In this document: positions 45,233-53,743 of the stretch, in pieces | Numbering within the stretch: the first letter of the stretch is position 1 | Layout: every line of letters begins with the position of its first letter | Assembly: GCA_050013095.1 (NCBI GenBank) | Contig: JBEKFY010000016.1 | Span: 1,145-65,144 of the forward strand | Reading direction: 5' to 3' | Origin: Anaerolineales bacterium | Lineage (GTDB): Bacteria > Chloroflexota > Anaerolineae > Anaerolineales > Villigracilaceae | DNA length: 64,000 nt | Program-made: the position numbers and the translations under genes | Notes under the pieces: model-generated | What the model was told of the DNA's origin: nothing | The model's input: only the letters and a program-made list of their open reading frames with translations | Database searches by the model: none

Positions 45233-48200
45233 CTAAGGCGTGAAGCTCCACCAGGTCCCGTTATCGGCAAGCGTGGACCCTGGCGGCTTGACCGCCTCCA
45301 CCTCCCAGTAATAGGTAATTCCTGGGCTCACGCCGCTTGTCGTGAGGCTGGTCGAATAGGTCACTGTCCAGGCCGAATTGCAGCGGTCATCGTTGATCGT
45401 ATCGTAACAGACCAGATAGAGGGCCGCGCCGCTCGAGGCGCCCCAGCTCAGGGTCCCGTTCGACCCCACTCCCTTGGCGCCATTCGCCGGATGGATCTTG
45501 CCGAAGGCACCGGGTCCGCCCGGAAGCGACGTTACGGTGGGGGAGATACCGCCCGAGGTCGGGGTAGGTGTCACGGTACTGGTCGGCGTCCGAGTCGCGG
45601 TCCAAGTCGGCTGCGCAGGCGTAAGGGTAGGGGTGAAGGTCGCTCCCGGCAGGACAGTGCCCGGGACGCCAGAAGGCGAGAAGCTCCACCAAGTGCCGTT
45701 ATCGGCAAGGGTGGCCCCCGGCGGTTTCACCGCCTCCACCTCCCAGTAATAGGTCATCCCGGGACTCAGCCCGCTCACGCTGGCGCTGGTGGTGTAGGTC
45801 ACGGTCCAGGCCGTGTTGCAGCGGTTGTCGTTCACGGTATCCAAACAGTACAGGTACAGGGCGACGCCGCTGGAGGAGCCCCAGCTCAAGACGACATTCA
45901 TCCCCACCCCCCCTGCGCCGTTCGCCGGATTGATCTTGCCGAAGTATCCAGGTGCACCCGGCTGCGAGGTAGGGGTGACTGTGGGTGTCGGTGTGATCGA
46001 AGGGACCGTGGTGGGGGTACGTGTTGGGGTGGATGTGATCGATGGGACCGCAGTGATGGTCGGGGTCAGGCTGGGCGTGACCGTGGCAGGTGTATCAGAG
46101 GGGGTAAAGCTCCACCAGGTCCCGCCATCGGCAGAGGCCGTCCCGCTTGAGTTCACCGCCTGGACCTGCCAGTAATAGGTCGTCCCCGCGACCAGCCCGG
46201 TAAGTGCGGCGCTGGTGGAAGTGGTGCTTGTCCAGGTTCCATCACAGCTATCGTTGTCGACCGTATCGTAACAATACTGATAGGAGGTCGCTGTAGCGCT
46301 TGATCCCCAGGTGAGCGTCTCGTCCGTTGGTTCGGCAGGGGCGCCGTCGGCCGGGCTGATCTTGCCGAACGCTCCTGGAACACACGCGCTGGTCTTGGCA
46401 TTGACGGTGTTCGAGTCCAGCGATTGAACGTTCTGGCGCTTGGAGCGCAGCAAAAATGAATAGGTTGTGCCACAGGTCAGGCCCGAGACCGAAGTGCTGG
46501 TCGTGCCATGCGGAAGGCTGGCAATATACTGGCTGTTGATATAGACATCATAGGCATCGATATTCGCAGGTTCATCGGTCGAGAGCGTCCAGGCGAGGTT
46601 GATCTGGCTGGCAGAGACCACTTTTGCCGACAGTCCTGTGGAGCCTTGAGGCCGGATATTGAAATGCCAGATCGGACCGGTCGTATTCCCATAACTGTTG
46701 CCGACCGTGACCTGCCAGGAATAGGCGCCGCCGTACTGCTGCCCCAGGTGGTAGCTTGAGCAGCCGATGGTTGGATGGATGTCAATACTGCCGCCCCAGA
46801 TGTGCATGGTGCAGTAAATGGCGTTCGTATTCCAGTACATGGTTGTGTCAAAGGTTCGATCGTTCGTCGTCCCATCGGTCGGTTTTGGATCGGTGGGCTG
46901 GCCCGGGGGGCTGGTCGGTCCCGGACCCTGGTAGGGGACCGCCACGATGCCGTCCAGGACATCGCTGTCGATCACCATGGAGACCCCTCCCCAGGTTTCG
47001 GTATGATCCCCGGCGTACTGACGGATGCGCTGGTGGTTGGCCCAGTCGCTGTCCGTGATGCAGGATCCTCCCCATACGGTCGCCGTGCTGGAGTACGAGC
47101 TGAGATTCCACCTCGCAATCCAGATCGCGTCGGGGGTATAGTGATTTTTCAGGAAGTCGGTCAGGGCGGAAGAACAGGGCGATCCGTAGACGCCTGCCAG
47201 ATCCGACTTGGCGTTCAGCTCTTTCACCCAGCCGTTCATGAAGGACTGGACTGCCGAGCGGCAGCTCGTGTTGCTGGTATTGTATGACTCCAAATCGTAA
47301 TAAATGACCGTGCTGGTCTGCGCAGGGTCGGTCAGACTCAGGCTGGCGGCTGCGGCCAGGGCCAGATCAGCCTGACTGATCCCCTGGGAATAGGCCGTCG
47401 TGGTGTTTGAGCTTATGCGCGAAGCGAAGCTCGAACAGGGCGCCTGTGGACCGACCCAGGTGGGGACGAACTTCCAGCCTTGCTGGTGCAACTGGGTTAA
47501 ATAATAAGGCGTCAGGGCAGTGTTTGGACAAGCGCGCGCCGATCCGCCAATATACAGATTGACCGTCGCGTAAGGCCCGGAATTCCACCAGGATTGCAGC
47601 TGGCTGAGGGTCCCGATCTCGCATTCATCAAAGCCTGCGCCGGCGAGGGACGCCGTACTGTCCGCCGGTTTATTATCGAAGCTGACCTCCAGCGTAAACC
47701 CGTTCCCGCTGCGAGGGCTGAAGGCTGAGAGGGACGAGAGCGAACGGATCCCCTGGGTTCCGAGCGGAGTCCATGTTCGACCCCCATCCCGGGTGCCCAT
47801 CAAGCGGGCCGTCAGGCTGCAGACCGCATCGACGGCAAGACTGCAATCCCCCTCCATTTGCGAAGCCCAGCCGACCTGCGGGGTGGCCATGTGCATCTCC
47901 AGGATGCCCCCCGAACGGCCGTCGGCGCTTGCCACGGTGGCATACTGCCCCGGGCCGGTCTTCACGAGGATGGAATTGGTGTGGGGGGCCAGGAGGATCC
48001 AGTGATCCGGATCCAGGACCGCCAACGGCGGAGGCGTGCCGAGCTCCCCGCTCGAGGCCAGGCTCAGGCCTTTGTCCAGGCTCCAGGATGCGCCCCCATC
48101 CTCGGTCCTGAAGAAATCGACCTGCATCAGGCCGCCGGTCGTGACCGTGACCGGCAGCAGGCCGTGGCGGACATCCGAGAAGGTGGGGGTCAGATAGGTC

Positions 48201-48925
48201 CAGGTCTGGTCCGCCTGGAGCGAGGCCGGGAGCACCGCTTGCGCCTGCCAGGTCCGGCCGCCATCCTGGGTGCGGTACAACTCATGCCCATCCGCTCCGC
48301 CCGCCACCCATCCGACCGAGCTCGTGACGAAAGAAACCGGCGCACCGATGGGAAGGGCCACTTTCGTCCAGTGACGGCCGCCGTCCGTGGTCCGGAACAG
48401 GCTGCCCAGGCTGAAGTTAACCCCGGTCGCTTGCTGGATGACGAGCCAGCCGGTATGGTCATCCAGCCACTGCATGTAGACCGCTTTGGCATTTGCTGCG
48501 GGATCGCCCCCTGCAAACAGGGGGAGGTCCTCGGACTGCCAGGTATGACCGCCATCGACGGTCGTGTCAAGGCTGTAGACCGGATCCCCGCTTGCTTGAG
48601 CCGCGAGCAGCGCCCAGCCTTGAGCGCGATCGATAAAATCGATCGCGGCAATGGTCGCGGTCCGGGACCCCGGAGGGGTGATCTCCTGCCAGCTGTTGCC
48701 TGCGTCGGAGGACCAGTACAGCCGGTTACTCAACAACAACCATCCCGCCTCAGCCGTGACCGGGCGAAAACCCCAGATCCCGGACGACTGGATGGGATTC
48801 GAGTCTGCGGGGCCAGAGGTGGATGAGGGGGAAAACTGGCCACCCCCCATGCTGATCAGGACAGAGCCCAACAACAGGATGACAGGCAGGGCTTTCCACG
48901 CTCGGAAATCCAACGATCGATGCAT
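45233..48925 (-). CDS. Large secreted multidomain protein (BNR/Ycf48-like propeller, DUF1906-like glycosidase-like domain, Fn3-like domains, three C-terminal repeat modules)
   Basis: Start moved to ATG 48925 (MHRSLDFRAWKALPVILLLGSVLI, signal peptide). Repeated S/T-x-D-x-G-x-T-W motifs (DGGHTWQ, DGGRHWT, DGGRTWQ, DGGASWS, DGGRTWT). The DUF1906-like segment reads GFDECEIGTLSQLQSWW...VNLYIGG. Confidence 0.8.
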   Translation of the reverse strand: MHRSLDFRAWKALPVILLLGSVLISMGGGQFSPSSTSGPADSNPIQSSGIWGFRPVTAEAGWLLLSNRLYWSSDAGNSWQEITPPGSRTATIAAIDFIDRAQGWALLAAQASGDPVYSLDTTVDGGHTWQSEDLPLFAGGDPAANAKAVYMQWLDDHTGWLVIQQATGVNFSLGSLFRTTDGGRHWTKVALPIGAPVSFVTSSVGWVAGGADGHELYRTQDGGRTWQAQAVLPASLQADQTWTYLTPTFSDVRHGLLPVTVTTGGLMQVDFFRTEDGGASWSLDKGLSLASSGELGTPPPLAVLDPDHWILLAPHTNSILVKTGPGQYATVASADGRSGGILEMHMATPQVGWASQMEGDCSLAVDAVCSLTARLMGTRDGGRTWTPLGTQGIRSLSSLSAFSPRSGNGFTLEVSFDNKPADSTASLAGAGFDECEIGTLSQLQSWWNSGPYATVNLYIGGSARACPNTALTPYYLTQLHQQGWKFVPTWVGPQAPCSSFASRISSNTTTAYSQGISQADLALAAAASLSLTDPAQTSTVIYYDLESYNTSNTSCRSAVQSFMNGWVKELNAKSDLAGVYGSPCSSALTDFLKNHYTPDAIWIARWNLSSYSSTATVWGGSCITDSDWANHQRIRQYAGDHTETWGGVSMVIDSDVLDGIVAVPYQGPGPTSPPGQPTDPKPTDGTTNDRTFDTTMYWNTNAIYCTMHIWGGSIDIHPTIGCSSYHLGQQYGGAYSWQVTVGNSYGNTTGPIWHFNIRPQGSTGLSAKVVSASQINLAWTLSTDEPANIDAYDVYINSQYIASLPHGTTSTSVSGLTCGTTYSFLLRSKRQNVQSLDSNTVNAKTSACVPGAFGKISPADGAPAEPTDETLTWGSSATATSYQYCYDTVDNDSCDGTWTSTTSTSAALTGLVAGTTYYWQVQAVNSSGTASADGGTWWSFTPSDTPATVTPSLTPTITAVPSITSTPTRTPTTVPSITPTPTVTPTSQPGAPGYFGKINPANGAGGVGMNVVLSWGSSSGVALYLYCLDTVNDNRCNTAWTVTYTTSASVSGLSPGMTYYWEVEAVKPPGATLADNGTWWSFSPSGVPGTVLPGATFTPTLTPAQPTWTATRTPTSTVTPTPTSGGISPTVTSLPGGPGAFGKIHPANGAKGVGSNGTLSWGASSGAALYLVCYDTINDDRCNSAWTVTYSTSLTTSGVSPGITYYWEVEAVKPPGSTLADNGTWWSFTP
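45236..46380. repeat. Three tandem coding repeats of about 420-430 nt (domain modules ending WWSF(T/S)P)
   Basis: The DNA motif GATCTTGCCGAA recurs at about 45497, 45931 and 46351. The protein modules read FGKI.PA.G......L.WG.S.....Y..C.DT..D..C...WT......S....GL..G.TYYW.V.AV...G....D.GTWWSF. Confidence 0.7.
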
Positions 48926-49163
48926 GTTCCGTCCGGGCTCCGCAGGGATTCTGGAGAATTGATCCTTCCGATGACTTTCCCGATGATCTTCATTAATTCT
49001 AATGGGTATAAAGCAGAAAGACAAGAGACTTTTCTCTATACGCAAAAATGACCACCCTCCAAACCCGGGATGAAAAGATCAAGTTCTGTCCCTCCATTCA
49101 CCAGGTTCGAGCCCGCCCGGGCAGGCACTACGGGCTGATGAAAATCTGGTTATAATCCCCCCC

Positions 49164-50438
49164 ATGCTCTGGTTTTATCGTTTCGTCAGGACCGCGGAAA
49201 CCGCGCTGCTGCTCGTGCTCGTAGCTGCCTTTGTGGGGGGAAGCACCGGGATCGCGAGGGATGAAACCGATACCATCCGCCGCTTCACCCGCCCGATCGA
49301 ATTCGATTTCGTCACCTGGACCCTGGATGCGCTGGGTGTAAAGCTTGCCCAAGTGGCCCTGGGGACACCCTACTATTTCGATCCATCCGCCCGCCCCCGG
49401 ATCGTGACGGATTATGTCCAGCTGGTCGGCCAGATCCAAAACGACGAAGGCCAGCTGAACCTTATCTATTCCAACCCCTCCATCCATGATCCTCGGTCCG
49501 CCTCCGTCAACCTACGCAAAGAACTGGCAAACCTGAATTCCCGGGAGAGCCAGCTGGGGCCGGTGGCAGAGTCCATCCTGCAGGACGAGGTCAGCACGGT
49601 CATCGCTCAGGAGGGCCTGGCGATCGGCGGCGAGGTGATCCCGCCCGTCCTCTTCCACATCACGCCCTTGCCCGATGATCTGGTGGTCTCGCCGCGCAAC
49701 AAGGTCCAGGAGGACGCCGCCATCTCCCTGGTGCCGGGCATCCCCGTTGACCAGCAGTCCGGGCTCGAAGATCGGGTGGACAAGGCCATGAACGTTTCCA
49801 CCCTGGTCACCCCGGTCGGCGGCATCGCCACCTATCCCACCATGGTCGAACAGGTCACCGATCTGAACTGGCTGACCGACACCGTCTCCCATGAATGGAC
49901 CCACAACTGGCTGACGCTGCGTCCCCTGGGTCTGAACTACGACTCGAGCCCGCTGGTGCGCTCGATGAACGAGACCACCGCGGACATTTCAGGTGGAGAG
50001 ATCTCGGCGATCGTGTTGAAACGGTTCTATCCCGAACTGGTGGGCGGGTCTTTCGACAGGACGGTCAGCCTGCCCGCTGGTCCGGTCGGTCCCAAGGCCA
50101 TCCCCATCGTCCCTTTTGATTTCCGTGCCGAAATGCACACGACCCGGGTCCGCGTGGACACTCTGCTCGCAGCCGGCAAGATCAACCAGGCGGAAACATA
50201 CATGGATGAGCGCCGCCTGATCTTCTGGGACAACGGCTACCCGATCCGTAAATTGAACCAGGCCTATTTCGCCTTCTATGGGGCCTATGAGGACATCCCT
50301 GGCGGCGCGGCGGGCGAGGATCCCGTCGGCCCGGCAGTACGCGCCCTGCGGGCCCGCAGCAAAACGCTCGCCGATTTCCTTAACGCCATAGCGGCAATGA
50401 GCTCCTTCCAGCAGTTGCAGACAGCCGTTTCCAGGTGA
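49164..50438 (+). CDS. Membrane-anchored hypothetical protein with an HExxH motif (putative metallopeptidase)
   Basis: N-terminal helix ALLLVLVAAFVGG. HEWTHNW (HExxH) motif. Confidence 0.6.
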   Translation: MLWFYRFVRTAETALLLVLVAAFVGGSTGIARDETDTIRRFTRPIEFDFVTWTLDALGVKLAQVALGTPYYFDPSARPRIVTDYVQLVGQIQNDEGQLNLIYSNPSIHDPRSASVNLRKELANLNSRESQLGPVAESILQDEVSTVIAQEGLAIGGEVIPPVLFHITPLPDDLVVSPRNKVQEDAAISLVPGIPVDQQSGLEDRVDKAMNVSTLVTPVGGIATYPTMVEQVTDLNWLTDTVSHEWTHNWLTLRPLGLNYDSSPLVRSMNETTADISGGEISAIVLKRFYPELVGGSFDRTVSLPAGPVGPKAIPIVPFDFRAEMHTTRVRVDTLLAAGKINQAETYMDERRLIFWDNGYPIRKLNQAYFAFYGAYEDIPGGAAGEDPVGPAVRALRARSKTLADFLNAIAAMSSFQQLQTAVSR

Positions 50439-50444
50439 CCTGCC

Positions 50445-51686
50445 ATGCCCAAATACCTCTTCCTCGTACCCCTCCTCGTGCTGATCTCCGCCTGCGCCCA
50501 AAGTCCGCCTTCGGTTGCTCCGACCCAGCCCCCTGCACCGACCCAAAATGAATCCGGGCCGACAGTCACGCCCGTGAATATGCCCTGCGTCGTCCTGAAC
50601 CAGCCCTCCCCTACCGGAACACCCGCGCCAACAGCCTCCGGAGCGCAGAACAGTCACAGCCTCGGGCTGGGAAGCGCGGCTGTCACCATCCTGGTCTTCA
50701 GCGACTACCAGTGCCCGGCCTGCAGATATGTGGCCGAGGTCCTCAAGCAAATCTATCAAACCCATCCAGACGACGTACGCTTGATCTACCTGGATTACCC
50801 CTTGCCGGGGCATGATAAGGCCATCCTCGCCATTCAGGCGGCGGATGCAGCCGACCAGCAGGGCAAGTTCTGGGAAATGCACGACCTGCTCTTCGAAAAA
50901 CAGGCCGAGTGGTCCGGACTCACACCCAGTGCCTTTCCGGCCTGGGTGGTTGAGCAAGCTGCCGGCCTTGGCCTGAATGTCGCCCAGTTCCAGAGCGATT
51001 TTCAGGGTCAGGTGGTGAAGGCGCTTGCCCAGAACGCCCAAAAGGCGGTCGCGTCTGACTCGGCGAATCCGAAGTCCCTGCCGGCCGTGTATATCAACAG
51101 CGCGACACCATATACGAACAGTCTGGTTGACTTCGCCGGATTGGATCAGGTCGTCAGCCTGCTGGCGCTGACCAAAAAGCAGTACAGCAGCTGTCCGCCG
51201 ATGGAGGTCGATCCGTTAAAACAGTACCTGGCTACCCTGCATACCGCCAAAGGGGATATTGTCATCCAGTTGTACGCCGATAAGGCCCCCCTGGCGGTTA
51301 ACGATTTCGTCTTCCTGGCGCGCTCCGGCTGGTATAACAACAATACGTTCGAGCGTGTCCTGCCGGGGATCCTGGTGCAGACCGGAGACCCGAGCGGCAC
51401 CGGGATGGGCAATCCGGGCTACTTCATTGACACCGATATACCGAAGGGGCTGCTTTTCGACCGGCCGGGGGTGGTGGCCATGGCCAATACGGGGACAAAC
51501 ACCAACGGCAGCCAGTTCCTGATCACTCTGGCCGCTGAACCCCAGATGAACGGGGCCTACACCATCTTCGGCCAGGTCCTCTCCGGAATGGACATCCTCG
51601 GGCAGCTGACCGCCCGCGACCCCTCCCCAGACCAGTACCTGTCGCCCGGGGATGCCCTCACGACCGTCACCATCACGGAAAGGTAG
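50445..51686 (+). CDS. Lipoprotein fusion of a DsbA-like thioredoxin domain and a cyclophilin-type peptidyl-prolyl isomerase
   Basis: Lipobox LLVLISAC. CPAC active site (FSDYQCPACRY). Cyclophilin motifs FERVLPGILVQTGDP and VVAMANTGTNTNGSQFLITL. Confidence 0.8.
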   Translation: MPKYLFLVPLLVLISACAQSPPSVAPTQPPAPTQNESGPTVTPVNMPCVVLNQPSPTGTPAPTASGAQNSHSLGLGSAAVTILVFSDYQCPACRYVAEVLKQIYQTHPDDVRLIYLDYPLPGHDKAILAIQAADAADQQGKFWEMHDLLFEKQAEWSGLTPSAFPAWVVEQAAGLGLNVAQFQSDFQGQVVKALAQNAQKAVASDSANPKSLPAVYINSATPYTNSLVDFAGLDQVVSLLALTKKQYSSCPPMEVDPLKQYLATLHTAKGDIVIQLYADKAPLAVNDFVFLARSGWYNNNTFERVLPGILVQTGDPSGTGMGNPGYFIDTDIPKGLLFDRPGVVAMANTGTNTNGSQFLITLAAEPQMNGAYTIFGQVLSGMDILGQLTARDPSPDQYLSPGDALTTVTITER

Positions 51687-51693
51687 ACCCCGC

Positions 51694-52941
51694 ATGCAAT
51701 CCAACCTCATCCAGAACAGATGGAAATCGGTTTTGCTGATCGTCTTCGCCGCCCTGGGAATCCTGGGACTCCTTGGCAGAGGAACCTTCTTGATCGTGCA
51801 GGGGGCCGCGACCTTCTCTGTGATGGCCTTCCAGGCTTCCTCAGACCTGGCGGGGAACGTCCTGGATGCCCTCAGCATGGTATTTTGCGCCCTGCTGCTC
51901 GTCCCGGTGATCGCTTACAACCTGCGGGCGCTCCAGGGACGGACCCTCCCCGCCATAACCGTCCCCCCCATCCGGTTCTGGCAGGCGGCGGTCCTCGGGG
52001 TGGTATGGCTCCTGATCGCGGTCGTCGGGAGCATCCTGTCGAGTTTATTCACTTACGGCTGGGTCGTGCTGGCGGTTTTTTTCCCGCTGGGGGTGGCTCT
52101 GCCGATCGCCTTTCTGGTGTGGATCGGCCTGGGGGGCCTGCCGACCGGTTCGGTGCGCCGGCTGTGGGCCGTGTTCGGCCTGGCCATGGCGGGGAGCACG
52201 GTCCTAGCCCTGCTGGCGGAGTATCTGGTGGTTGGAGCGGGGGCCCTGGTTGGCTGGGCCGCGCTGCTGGCGCATCCCGAGTGGCGTGATGTTATTCAGC
52301 AGCTGCAGACGCAGGTGACCCAGGCCAGCGATATGCAGACTGTGCTCAGCGTGCTCGCCCCCTACCTGACCAACCCGTTCATCGTGCTCGTCATCCTGGT
52401 CTTCGCCTCAGGGATCGGTCCCCTCATTGAAGAAGCCGCAAAACCTGCCGCGATCTGGCTCGTGGGGAGGCACCTGCGTTCTCCCTCCGAAGGCTTTGCC
52501 CTGGGAGTCCTGTGCGGAGCAGGTTTTGCCCTGCTGGAAGGTGTAACTGCTGCCAGCGGCTTTTCACAGATGTGGGGGGTGGGCATGGCCGGACGTGCCG
52601 CCAGCTCCCTGATGCACATCATGGCGAGCGGCCTCGTCGGCTGGGGGATCGCCTCCGCCCGCCTGGAAAAGCGCTTCCTGCGCCTGGGGGGCGCCTACCT
52701 GGGGGCGGTCTGCCTGCACGGCCTCTGGAACGGTGCGGTCGTTCTGGCGGTATATGGTGCGGCACGCTGGATCCTCGCCAAAGGGCCGTCCGACCTGCTC
52801 TCGATCGTCTTCATCGGGACCGGGGTGGGGCTGCTGTGCCTCCTGCTTCTCTTGATCCTGGTCGCCCTGCCCGTCGCGAACCGCTTCCTGCGCCCTGTGC
52901 CGGCTGCTCCGCAAGCAGCCGCAGGACAAATTGATGTATAA
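51694..52941 (+). CDS. PrsW-family intramembrane protease-like protein
   Basis: Start moved to ATG 51694. Polytopic. Motifs IEEAAKPAA (EExxK) and CLHGLWNG (HxxxN). Confidence 0.7.
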   Translation: MQSNLIQNRWKSVLLIVFAALGILGLLGRGTFLIVQGAATFSVMAFQASSDLAGNVLDALSMVFCALLLVPVIAYNLRALQGRTLPAITVPPIRFWQAAVLGVVWLLIAVVGSILSSLFTYGWVVLAVFFPLGVALPIAFLVWIGLGGLPTGSVRRLWAVFGLAMAGSTVLALLAEYLVVGAGALVGWAALLAHPEWRDVIQQLQTQVTQASDMQTVLSVLAPYLTNPFIVLVILVFASGIGPLIEEAAKPAAIWLVGRHLRSPSEGFALGVLCGAGFALLEGVTAASGFSQMWGVGMAGRAASSLMHIMASGLVGWGIASARLEKRFLRLGGAYLGAVCLHGLWNGAVVLAVYGAARWILAKGPSDLLSIVFIGTGVGLLCLLLLLILVALPVANRFLRPVPAAPQAAAGQIDV

Positions 52942-52976
52942 TCCAGCCGCCCAACCTGGGCAAACCGAGGAGTTCT

Positions 52977-53648
52977 ATGCATTTCATTCTTAAAGCGATC
53001 GATTTTATCCTGCACGTCAATGTTTACTTGAAAGTCATCCTTACCACCTACGGCGCCTGGACCTACGCACTGCTCTTCTTAATCATTTTCATGGAGACCG
53101 GGTTCGTCATCACCCCTTTCCTGCCCGGTGATTCGCTCATCTTTGCCGCAGGGGCCCTGGCCCCGACCGGCTCCCTGAATGTTTTCGTCCTGTACCTGAT
53201 CTTTACCGCCGCGGCGATCGGGGGCGATACGGCCAATTACTGGATCGGCCACGCCATCGGCGCGCGGGCCTTCACCGGCGAGATCAAGTGGATCAAGAAG
53301 GAGTACCTGGACCGCGCGCATGCCTTCTTCGAGAAGCACGGCGGCATGGCGATCATCCTGGGGCGTTTTGTGCCGATCATCCGCACTTTTGTACCCTTCG
53401 TGACCGGGATAAGCGAAATGCCCTACGGGCGCTTCATCCGCTGGGATGTGACGGGGGGTCTCGTCTGGGTGGCCCTTTTCCTGGCAGGCGGTTACACCCT
53501 GGGCAATAATGCCTGGGTGCAGAACCATTTCTCCGTGGTGATCGTGATCATCGTCCTGATCTCGGTCGTCCCGGCCCTGGTGGAGGGCTGGAAAGCGAGA
53601 AATGAAAGCAAAAAAGTAAATCCCCGAACGAAGGCCGAGATCAGCTGA
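52977..53648 (+). CDS. DedA/SNARE-associated family membrane protein
   Basis: ETGFVITPFLPGDSLIFAAGAL and GRFVPIIRTFVPFVTG are typical DedA motifs. Confidence 0.85.
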   Translation: MHFILKAIDFILHVNVYLKVILTTYGAWTYALLFLIIFMETGFVITPFLPGDSLIFAAGALAPTGSLNVFVLYLIFTAAAIGGDTANYWIGHAIGARAFTGEIKWIKKEYLDRAHAFFEKHGGMAIILGRFVPIIRTFVPFVTGISEMPYGRFIRWDVTGGLVWVALFLAGGYTLGNNAWVQNHFSVVIVIIVLISVVPALVEGWKARNESKKVNPRTKAEIS

Positions 53649-53668
53649 GGATCGTGACTCCTCCGATC

Positions 53669-53712
53669 AAAGACGGTCGCCTGCAATGAGAGGCAACCGT
53701 CTTTATTTTTTT
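53669..53712. terminator. Rho-independent terminator between convergent genes
   Basis: AAAGACGGT-(cgcctgcaatgagaggca)-ACCGTCTTT followed by ATTTTTTT. Confidence 0.7.
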
Positions 53713-53743
53713 ATCATGGATTCAGCGACCGGGACGAATCCGG

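Noticed and set aside
45164-48826. Several long plus-strand ORFs (45164-46150, 45813-46175, 46775-47287, 47858-48826) opposite the 1230-aa secreted protein gene.
   Set aside because: These are shadow ORFs created by GC-rich codon usage and the tandem repeats. Their translations are Arg/Gly/Pro-rich and have no start context.
49989-51041. A 350-aa minus-strand ORF spanning two plus-strand genes.
   Set aside because: It crosses the intergenic gap between two well-supported plus-strand genes and is low-complexity. It is a shadow ORF.
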